Below, piece after piece: positions 1 to 7,491 of a DNA stretch of 54,626 bases (position 1 is its first letter; the number at the start of each line of letters is the position of its first letter). A program made the translations under genes and the position numbers. The DNA comes from Nitrospirota bacterium (GTDB taxonomy: Bacteria > Nitrospirota > Thermodesulfovibrionia > Thermodesulfovibrionales > Dissulfurispiraceae). The notes under the pieces were generated by a model. It saw nothing but the letters and a program-made list of their open reading frames with translations. It did no database searches and had not been told where the DNA came from. The stretch spans positions 1-54,626 of the forward strand of contig JAJZPZ010000001.1 of assembly GCA_021847795.1 (NCBI GenBank), given 5' to 3'.

Positions 1-363
1 CTTTTTTCTCCAGCCGCTGACAAGATCATACTCCCTTGTTGCATCCAGAAGTCTCGGAATATCCATCGGATCATTCTGGAGATCACCATCCATAGTTACA
101 ATGACATCTCCCCTGGCAAAGTCAAAACCTGCAGCAAACGCAGCGGTCTGTCCGAAGTTTCTTCTCAGGCTGAGGACTAAAACATTCCCGTTTTCTTTCT
201 GCAGGTCCTCAAGGAGCTGTAAGGTCCTGTCATTGCTGCCGTCATCCACATAGATTATCTCATACTCTATCTTGCGGCTATCCAGGGCATCTGTTATCTT
301 CTCATGGAGCGCCCTAACATTTTCTTCTTCATTGTATAGTGGTATAACAATAGATAAAGTCAT
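1..363 (-). CDS. Glycosyltransferase family 2, polyprenol-phosphate sugar transferase type (ArnC/DPM1-like). Only the N-terminal part is present; the gene runs off the window start.
   Basis: Hand translation from ATG at 363: MTLSIVIPLYNEEENVRALHEKITDALDSRKIEYEIIYVDDGSNDRTLQLLEDLQKENGNVLVLSLRRNFGQTAAFAAGFDFARGDVIVTMDGDLQNDP... This is the classic GT2 N-terminus. AGGAG lies upstream. The start is 16 nt downstream of the stop of the 380-2635 gene, so the two are probably one operon. Confidence 0.85.
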   Translation of the reverse strand, partial: MTLSIVIPLYNEEENVRALHEKITDALDSRKIEYEIIYVDDGSNDRTLQLLEDLQKENGNVLVLSLRRNFGQTAAFAAGFDFARGDVIVTMDGDLQNDPMDIPRLLDATREYDLVSGWRKK

Positions 364-379
364 AGTCTCTCCTGGGCTG

Positions 380-2635
380 CTAAAAAGTTTCCGGCCTTTC
401 CATTACCATTCCCTTGAAGCCGTACAAGGAAAAGATTGAGTATTCCCTCACTACGCGGCCTTTCTCATACGCCTTAAATGTTTCCCTGTCGAATTTGCCG
501 AAAGACCTTGCGACTTCCGGTGGGATGTCCGCCTCACCTATTTTAACAAAGATGCCGTCAATTGTGTCTGTCCGAAGTTTTCCCTGCCCCTGTTTCATTT
601 CCCTTGCACCGCTGTTTATGTCGGGCCAGAGATCATACTGGTTCATTCTTCTGCCGAGGTTTATCGCGTATGTTTTCGGATGCCCTTTCACGTAAAAGGC
701 CAGCTCACTCGCCACCTGATAACTGTCGGAGAAGATCAGGACATCTCCCTTCCCCGTGGCAGTTCCCGGCATAGACTCATATATCCTGCCGACCTCTTCT
801 CCCAGGGCCTTCCAGCCCCTTAGTCTGGCTGAGGGGTCCAGGCGCAGCGGTAAGTTTACAAGGGAGGGATAGTGGCTTACCGCAGTAACAAACAATGCCA
901 GACCGATTCCCAGAAAATACAGCAGCCTGGAAGTCCGGGGGGCCGGGAGCTTCACGCCGTTCCCGCACATCAGCGCGTCAGCGCCGTCTCCCGGCGCCCG
1001 TGAACTCCCCGAGAAGCACCTTACAAGGGCTATAATGCCTGTTATATAGCCGGTCATCGCCCAATTGGCCTGCACCTTGCCTTGCAAACTCTTGAGTAAA
1101 AAGAACGCGACGACCGGAACAGAGAAATAAAACAAAAAGGCGGAGCGCACGCCGCGACACCCCTTCTGCAGCTTAAACAGGGCATAGAACATCATCCCGA
1201 AAAGAACAGGGGTGATTACGCCTACCTGTGAACCGAAAAATTCGAGAAAACTTTTCAGGGATATCTTCAGGCCTTCGGCAACATGGGCCTGACCAGCCGT
1301 ATGTCTCACAGTTATCCAGTCATGCTGCATATTCCAGATGACGACAGGACTGAATGCCAGGCACCCGACGGCCAGCGCCACATAGGGCTTCCAGGTTTTC
1401 AACAGATATCTTTTTTCTGATCGCAAGAGGAAAAGAAAGCCGCAGAGGTAAAAAAACGCCATCGTGTATTTTGTCAAAAGCCCCAGGCCGATCGACAGGC
1501 CTGCAAGAACCCATATCCATATACCGGAGCGCGTACTCTCACCAGGCCCCTCGCTTTGCACCGCCTTCCAGAAAAGATATAGGGAAAGTATCCAGAAAAA
1601 CAGGAAAGGTGCATCTATGGTGAAGAGAATTCCGAATGGCGCAAAGAGGGGGATAATCTGATACAGCAATGCAGAGGACAGGCCGATAGGGTTTCCCCTG
1701 ATGCCCTCCTGAAGCTCTCCTCCGGAGGTTGCAGGCGCATCATCCTTATACATAAGACCGGCAAGCTTGAACAGGTATACGCTGCTCAGGACTGAAAAGA
1801 TGACAGCCGGTATCCGTATGCCGAAAACAGTATCCCCGAATATCGCGGCGCCGATATAAATGAGATACGCGATCATAGGCCCTTTTGAATAGTAACTCAG
1901 GTCCGGTCTTCGCGACCACTCCCAATAATGGGCCTCATCCGGGCTCAAATCCAGCAGCCCGTGTGAGATGTAATAAATGCGGAACAAACTTATAGCAGCC
2001 AGTCCGGCAAAGAGGAGCGTCGTATATGGCTGTATCTTATATCTCAGGACAGCGCGCTTGTAGAGAAGAATGAGCAGAAGGGCAATGCCGGCGCCGAAGA
2101 GAGCGCCGGCCAGGATATCTGCGGGGTAATGCACCCCAACATATGCTCTCGAATAGGAAATAAGAAAAGCGAGGAGGAAAAGATATCCCGCGCCTGCTCT
2201 TGAAACGGATTTTCGGGTGAGGTAAAAGAGCGAGACAGCGGCTGCAAAGACATTTGCAGCGTGATTCGACGGCATCGAAAACGACTGTGTACACCCAACC
2301 AGCAGCCTGACTCCGTCAAGTGCGTTGCAGGGCCGTATCCTTCCGATTACCTGCTTTATCTCCTGCACAAACCAGTCCGTCAGTACAAAAGAGCAGAATG
2401 AGATAAGGACTGCCCACAAGGCTGCTTTCAGATCAGGTTTTTCTTCAGATCCCCCCCCCTTCGTGCAGGCCCTCAGGAGAATAAACAAAATATAGGGGAA
2501 AAACAGCAAAAACCCCCGGACAGTCAAAAAAGGCATCAGCAGGTCAAAAAAAGCATTTGCTGTGCCATGGTTTATAAGAAAGAAGAGTTTCTTATCGCTG
2601 CCCTGTAAAAACATAAGCATGTCGTTCATATTCAT
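380..2635 (-). CDS. Fusion protein: N-terminal PAP2 lipid phosphatase domain plus C-terminal GT-C glycosyltransferase (ArnT/PMT_2, GT39-like)
   Basis: 751 aa and polytopic. PAP2 motifs: SMPSNHAANVFAAA and SRAYVGVHYPADILAGALFG. Next comes DEAHYWEWSRRPDLSYYSKGPMIAY, the DEAxYW signature of ArnT/PMT_2-type lipid-carrier-dependent transferases, followed by many TM helices and a soluble C-terminal domain. Confidence 0.8.
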   Translation of the reverse strand: MNMNDMLMFLQGSDKKLFFLINHGTANAFFDLLMPFLTVRGFLLFFPYILFILLRACTKGGGSEEKPDLKAALWAVLISFCSFVLTDWFVQEIKQVIGRIRPCNALDGVRLLVGCTQSFSMPSNHAANVFAAAVSLFYLTRKSVSRAGAGYLFLLAFLISYSRAYVGVHYPADILAGALFGAGIALLLILLYKRAVLRYKIQPYTTLLFAGLAAISLFRIYYISHGLLDLSPDEAHYWEWSRRPDLSYYSKGPMIAYLIYIGAAIFGDTVFGIRIPAVIFSVLSSVYLFKLAGLMYKDDAPATSGGELQEGIRGNPIGLSSALLYQIIPLFAPFGILFTIDAPFLFFWILSLYLFWKAVQSEGPGESTRSGIWIWVLAGLSIGLGLLTKYTMAFFYLCGFLFLLRSEKRYLLKTWKPYVALAVGCLAFSPVVIWNMQHDWITVRHTAGQAHVAEGLKISLKSFLEFFGSQVGVITPVLFGMMFYALFKLQKGCRGVRSAFLFYFSVPVVAFFLLKSLQGKVQANWAMTGYITGIIALVRCFSGSSRAPGDGADALMCGNGVKLPAPRTSRLLYFLGIGLALFVTAVSHYPSLVNLPLRLDPSARLRGWKALGEEVGRIYESMPGTATGKGDVLIFSDSYQVASELAFYVKGHPKTYAINLGRRMNQYDLWPDINSGAREMKQGQGKLRTDTIDGIFVKIGEADIPPEVARSFGKFDRETFKAYEKGRVVREYSIFSLYGFKGMVMERPETF

Positions 2636-2961
2636 CTGGTTTTTCTATGTTACCATAGAGTAGAATTTTTAACTCTTTCGGCTGCAACACATGAGCTGCA
2701 GAAAATTGCAATCCCGGCTTCCGGAATGGCTTGGTGAGGTGTCCTGTTTTCAGTGTTATTATCTTATAAAATCAGTAAGTTATCTCGCGTGAAACCAAGT
2801 CTGTTGTCCTTTGTGCATCTTTTGGCAGGGTTCAGCGTGAATTTTGTTTTTTAATGCGCCGGGCAGCTCGGTTGTGGGGGACCTCCCCGCCACACTTGAG
2901 AGGCTCTCCAGAGCAGAGGGGGCCATGTACGCGATTATGACTTACATCTCCAGCACTTCCC

Positions 2962-3066
2962 TCACTTTTGCAACAAGCTCATCGGGCTCTTTACATCGTT
3001 TTCAGTGGAAAGAGGATGCCATATTTCAAATCTCATTTTTCTTCTGAACTCCAGAGAACTCAACAT
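2962..3066 (-). CDS. Candidate small ORF (34 aa) with a strong Shine-Dalgarno, in the 550-nt divergent intergenic region
   Basis: The minus strand reads AAAGAGGAGGAGAAAGGTGAA-ATG then MLSSLEFRRKMRFEIWHPLSTENDVKSPMSLLQK-TGA. I recognise no family. Support is the RBS only. Confidence 0.2.
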   Translation of the reverse strand: MLSSLEFRRKMRFEIWHPLSTENDVKSPMSLLQK

Positions 3067-3183
3067 TTCACCTTTCTCCTCCTCTTTATTTATGCTATAA
3101 CTTAAGAAAGTAGTTCTTTAGACATGGTTTGTCCTTACTGATCAGTCTTTATACGGTCTTCCAAGGAGGTAAACCAAAGGGCT

Positions 3184-4389
3184 ATGACGCATTTCTCCCC
3201 TTTCCACAGTTCAAACAAAACCTCTTCAAGCGCCTGCATGTCAGGACACGATGCAGGCTCAGTTGCCTCAGGATTTGTTGCAAGAAAGAAACTGGCTATC
3301 CTTTTGATTCTATTGCTATTTACTGTTTTTACTATTACATCTGCACACTCCTCACCCCGGACAAACAAAATACCTTTTCCAAAGGTCTGCAAGGCATGCC
3401 ACACCACTAATCCCCTGGCATCAAAACACAGGAAGAACGTATCTTCTCTTTCTCTTAAGAATACTGTTATCAAAAAATTTGAAAATGCCCTTGCATTCGT
3501 AAGCCTTGGCTCAAGGGGGCGGGGAGTGGGCAGTGTCAGTGAAGTATACGAGGTGGAAAAAGACGGTCTTTCCGGCGCAGTCAGTGCAGAGAGGCTTCTT
3601 TTCAGGGATAGGCAAGGCATACGATTGATCAGTGAGATGGGGAGGTATCCCGCAAAGGGTTCTGAGATAGTCTTCGGCACAAAGGCATACCGGATGTGGA
3701 AAAACGGCAGGCAATGGGACATGCGCAATGTGGTCAGCATCAACGGCATCGCTGTTGCGGGAGATGTCTTTATTTCGGAAGCCTTTGTTAAAAAAACCGG
3801 GACTCCGGGCAACTCCAGGCCGCAAAACAGAACCGTGGCAAGAGAGAATTCAAATGGAAACAAACCTGAAGTTGCCTTTTACGATGAAAAGGACGGGGAG
3901 GAGTTTCTTATTAGTCCATCAAAAAAAGAACCTATAATCATTGATGAAGGGAACTCCTGCAAAGTTACTTCATATTTTGGAGAACTCACGGTAAACCACA
4001 TATTTAAGGGCAGATCAAGAATAACCGTCCACGAGGTCTCCTTTGCAGCGTATCCCGGAATATCATTCCAGGAAGCTTTCAATGTACCGTTTTCTGAAGT
4101 GAAGGGAAATATTATGAAATACCTCGGAGGATATGATGGGAACGTCGAAAAGACTATGCTCACCCTTGTCCGGGAAGAACTCGCCCCAATGTTTCAAAAC
4201 AACAGTGCGCGCCAGTTCCCGCCGCCGGACAACCGTGTTATAACCGGTTTGAAATTACATGATACTGCCGGAGCAAAACAGATGTATGCCTGCTTTCAAA
4301 AAAAACGATGGATTCCTGTAGACGATGAACTCCTCACAAAAATCCTGAAATCCGGGCCAGTTACAACGTATGCAGGGATAAGAGAATAA
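3184..4389 (+). CDS. Hypothetical exported or membrane-anchored protein with a single CxxCH haem-c motif
   Basis: 401-aa ORF. It has a signal-anchor-like KKLAILLILLLFTVFTITSAHS followed by KVCKACHTTNP (CxxCH). Composition looks coding, unlike the overlapping antisense ORF 3135-3863. A plus-strand terminator lies at 4557-4580. The start is uncertain (3184 or ATG 3238). Confidence 0.55.
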   Translation: MTHFSPFHSSNKTSSSACMSGHDAGSVASGFVARKKLAILLILLLFTVFTITSAHSSPRTNKIPFPKVCKACHTTNPLASKHRKNVSSLSLKNTVIKKFENALAFVSLGSRGRGVGSVSEVYEVEKDGLSGAVSAERLLFRDRQGIRLISEMGRYPAKGSEIVFGTKAYRMWKNGRQWDMRNVVSINGIAVAGDVFISEAFVKKTGTPGNSRPQNRTVARENSNGNKPEVAFYDEKDGEEFLISPSKKEPIIIDEGNSCKVTSYFGELTVNHIFKGRSRITVHEVSFAAYPGISFQEAFNVPFSEVKGNIMKYLGGYDGNVEKTMLTLVREELAPMFQNNSARQFPPPDNRVITGLKLHDTAGAKQMYACFQKKRWIPVDDELLTKILKSGPVTTYAGIRE

Positions 4390-4450
4390 TAAAGAAAGGC
4401 GCTGATCTTCTGCACATCGAGTATTGAGTCGGCTTGCCGGAAAGCCTTCC

Positions 4451-4556
4451 CAAAGGCAGTGAAGAGTAATGGATGAAAAGTGATGAGTTTAAGGAAAAAG
4501 AAGAGCTTTTATCTTTTCACCCTTAACGCGTCACTATTAACTTTTCACTGTCTTTG
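4451..4556 (+). repeat. Long imperfect hairpin in the 3' region of the 3184-4389 transcript, built from GTGA(A/T)(A/G)AGT-like units
   Basis: 4451-4467 caaaggcagtgaagagt pairs with 4540-4556 acttttcactgtctttg (15/17 Watson-Crick). Both mismatches are G-U wobbles only in plus-strand RNA. Inner pairings include 4489-4494 ttaagg with 4521-4526 ccttaa. Confidence 0.6.
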
Positions 4557-4580
4557 AGGCAAAATAGATTGCCTTTATTT
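4557..4580 (+). terminator. Putative Rho-independent terminator
   Basis: Stem aggcaa (4557-4562) with ttgcct (4569-4574), 6-nt loop, then TTATTT. On the minus strand the same hairpin has no T-tract. Confidence 0.5.
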
Positions 4581-5007
4581 ACACGATCTCTACGACTGTA
4601 GTATCGAATATAAGGGTTTTCCCTGCAAGCGGATGATTGCAGTCCATGGTAAAGGCGGTTTCGGATATGCCGGCCACTGTCGCCATGAGCGGCAACCCAT
4701 CTGCACGGTACATCTGGATGCGCTGCCCTACTTCAGGATTGAAATTTTCCGGCGCCTTTTTCTTGTCGAACTCAAAAACCTTTTCTTTTATATGCGGCCC
4801 ATAGGCCTGCTCCGCAGGGATCGTTATTGTCTTCGACTCTCCTGTTGCCATGCCCACAACTCCGGCCTCCAGACCTGCTATCAAGTCACCCCCGCCTACC
4901 GTAAATTCAAGGGGGTTCGTTTCTTGTGATGAATCAAAAACAGTCCCATCTTCCAGCTTCCCGGTATAATGGATCCTGATTGTATCGCCTTCTTTTACTG
5001 TTGCCAT
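4579..5007 (-). CDS. FKBP-type peptidyl-prolyl cis-trans isomerase (SlyD/SlpA-like, with IF insert, no His-rich tail)
   Basis: MATVKEGDTIRIHYTGKLEDGTVFDSS...LEFTVGGGDLIAGLEAGVVGM...HPLAGKTLIFD is a typical SlyD-type FKBP. AAAGGAGAAGG RBS lies upstream. Confidence 0.9.
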   Translation of the reverse strand: MATVKEGDTIRIHYTGKLEDGTVFDSSQETNPLEFTVGGGDLIAGLEAGVVGMATGESKTITIPAEQAYGPHIKEKVFEFDKKKAPENFNPEVGQRIQMYRADGLPLMATVAGISETAFTMDCNHPLAGKTLIFDTTVVEIV

Positions 5008-5093
5008 TCCCTTCTCCTTTAGTTTTGCCCTTATTATAACCCTTCAGCTCTGTTTTTTCCTCTTAAAAAAGAACGGCCGAACATTGTCATCTG

Positions 5094-5115
5094 CCATGTT
5101 CCACGTGGAACATGG
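5094..5115. promoter_or_regulatory. Perfect 22-bp palindrome CCATGTTCCACGTGGAACATGG (candidate operator/UAS)
   Basis: Read directly. It is intergenic, about 90 nt upstream of the FKBP gene start. Its 16-bp core recurs exactly at 7424-7439. Confidence 0.4.
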
Positions 5116-5231
5116 TCTATCCCGCCTTCGGTAAAATGCATACCCGACCCGGGTTGCCCCAAAAAGAGAGAGAAGCCCCCGATGTGCCGCTTCCCCCCCT
5201 CTTCCCGGCTGCCTCAAAACCAGAACAAAGC

Positions 5232-6455
5232 TTAGACAAGCGCTTCCTCCGGCACGAGCTCTACCTTCATCCACCCCGGCTGCCGCTCATCAAAAGCCTT
5301 GTACGCATTAATAACTGAAGTCAGCGGTTCAATATTCGAGAGTATCGTTTCCGGGGCAACAGCGCCGCTTCTTACCAACTCAATAAGAGTAGGAATATAT
5401 TTCCTGTGGTTGCAATTGCCGGCGTTCATGGTAAGGTTCTTGGACATCGCCTTCCCGAACGGAAAGAACTCAACAGTTTCAGGATACACGCCGATAACAG
5501 ACAGGGTGCCGGCCTTGGCAATTGCATCTACCGCCCAAAGCAACACCTGTGAAGGCGCGTCCCCGGGGCGCCATGTATCTCCACGGGGATTCGATTTGGG
5601 CGCAACCTGCTGCACTTCCCTCTGAAATTCCTCCATTTTCTGATTAGCTTGCCGTGCCGCCGGCCCTTTATCCGGGTGCACCGCATCAACGCCGACAGCA
5701 TCGATGACGCGGTCCGCACCGATACCTCCGGTCAGGTTGAGAATAGCCTCTATCGGGTCTTCCTGTTCGAAGTTGATTATCTCCGCACCCTGCGCCCTGG
5801 CCATCTCAAGCCGGGATATCACCTTATCAACTGCAATGACCCGCCCTGCCCCAAAAAGAAAGGAGCTCAGGATTGCAAATTGCCCGACAGGTCCGCAGCC
5901 GAAAACAACTACGGTATTGCCCGGCTTAACTTCTGCAATATCGGCTCCAAAATACCCGGTGGGAAAGATATCGGACATAAGGATGGCCTGGTCATCAGTT
6001 ATCTCGTCGGGGACTTTCACAAGTCCGACATTCGCAAAGGGAACACAGGCCTTGTCGGCTTGCAACCCCTGGAAGGGACCAGTCATCTGTGGCCCTCCGA
6101 AGAAAGCTGTCCCTGCCCGGGCCCCGTGCGGATTGGCGTTGTCGCACTGCGAGAAATAGCCGCTGCGGCAGTAAGAGCAATAGCCGCACGCGATCGTTGA
6201 GGGAATAATCACGCGGTCACCCTCTTCAAGGTTTCTCACTCCCGGCCCTATCTCCTCAACAATGCCGACACCTTCGTGGCCGAGAATAGTGCCCGGCGCC
6301 ATGCCGCCCATCGTTCCCCTCACCATATGCAGGTCAGTCCCGCAGATAGCGCTCGCCGTAAGGCGCACAATGGCATCATTGGGGTTCTTGATCTTTGGCT
6401 CGGGCACATCTTCCAGCCGGATATCGCCTACGTCATGAAATACAACAGCTTTCAT
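5232..6455 (-). CDS. Zn-dependent alcohol dehydrogenase family (formaldehyde-dehydrogenase-like MDR)
   Basis: MKAVVFHDVGDIRLEDVPEPK, CGTDLH, GHEGVGIVEEIG, structural-zinc CGYCSYCRSGYFSQC, and GCGPVG Rossmann motif. I moved the start to ATG 6455, which is preceded by GGAGGG; the ORF track extends to 6497. Confidence 0.9.
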   Translation of the reverse strand: MKAVVFHDVGDIRLEDVPEPKIKNPNDAIVRLTASAICGTDLHMVRGTMGGMAPGTILGHEGVGIVEEIGPGVRNLEEGDRVIIPSTIACGYCSYCRSGYFSQCDNANPHGARAGTAFFGGPQMTGPFQGLQADKACVPFANVGLVKVPDEITDDQAILMSDIFPTGYFGADIAEVKPGNTVVVFGCGPVGQFAILSSFLFGAGRVIAVDKVISRLEMARAQGAEIINFEQEDPIEAILNLTGGIGADRVIDAVGVDAVHPDKGPAARQANQKMEEFQREVQQVAPKSNPRGDTWRPGDAPSQVLLWAVDAIAKAGTLSVIGVYPETVEFFPFGKAMSKNLTMNAGNCNHRKYIPTLIELVRSGAVAPETILSNIEPLTSVINAYKAFDERQPGWMKVELVPEEALV

Positions 6456-7423
6456 GGCACACCCTCCTTTTGCGGAGCGTTCGAACGCTCCTTCCACTGT
6501 TTCGGATTGATATCAGGCCCCATAGACCTTATTCCCTAACGCCCTCCTCTGAAATGAATTGCGGCAATGGACAGCATTGAAACTTCATGCCGGAGCACAG
6601 CCTCTTAACAAAATAAACAGCGCTGCATCCTGAATAGCCCGGGGAGATGTGGATTGAGAATTGCGTGGTTTCCGCCTTAGCTGGGTGAAATTTCCATGAA
6701 ACTGACGCCTGCATATGTGGTGATCTTATCTATAAGCAGGTAATTCACCTTTAAATTTATCTAAAGTATATCGCTAAAGGTATTTTGTGGCAAGATTCAG
6801 CTCCTACGGATTTCCGGGGATGAGAAAAGACTGGAGCAAAGATAAAAAACTCCCGTATCACTCTCTTATATTCGCTGTCGCGGGAAGGTTCTGAGGGAAA
6901 AGGTTTTCAGAGAAAATAGAATATCTTATCAGTAAGTTACATTTTCAAAAGAAAAATTCCCGCAAAAAGATCGTCATCCCCTGGTGTCTTTATATTCCCT
7001 CCTAGTAAAGGGGGCGCAGGGGGTTGTTTCTTTGGAGCCCAAGGGGATTGTACGTTCCGGTTGCGTTTATAACAATCCACTTAATCCCCCTTTTCTATAG
7101 GAGGGAGAATTGCCGCAATACAACTATTCTCCCGCCCCTTCCATTCCCACTTGCGATGTGGGTAATGATAAATTTAAAAAGAGGGGGAGGTCAGATTCCT
7201 CCCTTTTGGAAAGGGAGGTTAGGAGGGATTTCTTAATATCAGAATATCCGATGGCTTTAGACGTATATCAAAGGAGGACAGGGGGATAGGGTAGGTGAGC
7301 GGTTTGGATGGCCTAAGCGGAGCCCCATTCCATATGGTAGAAAGGCTCCTGTTACATGCGCACAGTAGAGCGGGGGTTTTAAGCCTGTGCCGTGTTCTTT
7401 AAAGGGGAGGGATCTTATGCTGG

Positions 7424-7439
7424 TGTTCCACGTGGAACA
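7424..7439. promoter_or_regulatory. Perfect 16-bp palindrome TGTTCCACGTGGAACA, second copy
   Basis: Identical to the core of 5094-5115. It lies in a roughly 1 kb region without convincing genes, about 55 nt beyond the dGTPase stop. Confidence 0.4.
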
Positions 7440-7491
7440 AAGAAGAGTAAAGGCAGGAGAACTCGGCGACAAGGGAAGGGACGGCAGATTG

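Noticed and set aside
2942-3022. Minus-strand frame reading MASSFH-TGA-KRCKEPDELVAKVREVLEM, which gives a UxxC-like motif
   Set aside because: Only six codons precede the TGA. There is no SD for that ATG; the strong SD serves a different frame. A frameshifted remnant is the simpler explanation.
3135-3863. 242-aa minus-strand ORF overlapping the start of the 3184-4389 gene
   Set aside because: It has a Leu/Pro/Ser/Arg-rich composition and no RBS or motif. The plus-strand frame has a signal anchor, a CxxCH motif and its own terminator.
6455-6475. TGGCAC...TTGC, resembling a sigma-54 -24/-12 promoter
   Set aside because: The spacing between the GG and GC elements is off by about 3 nt, and the TGGCAC overlaps the ADH start codon on the opposite strand.
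6820-7005. 62-codon frame with a single in-frame TGA (6892-6894), considered as a second selenoprotein candidate
   Set aside because: The region is AT-rich and the peptide is Lys-rich with no Cys/redox motif. The SD is poor. Only a weak A-U hairpin follows the TGA. This is consistent with a chance open frame.
7008-7024. The motif aaaggggcgcaggggg is shared between 7008-7024 and 45462-45477
   Set aside because: The roughly 16-nt G-rich match needs one indel. Among about 3e9 position pairs in this window, a match of this length is expected by chance about once. The second copy lies inside the yggU coding tail.
6498-7491. tmRNA, RNase P RNA, SRP RNA or 6S RNA in the 1 kb gene-free region
   Set aside because: None of the conserved cores I know is present on either strand (GAGGAAAGUCC for RNase P, a tRNA-like TTCGA-containing 3' end with CCA for tmRNA, the SRP GGAA/AGCA loop). 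6S RNA cannot be excluded by eye.
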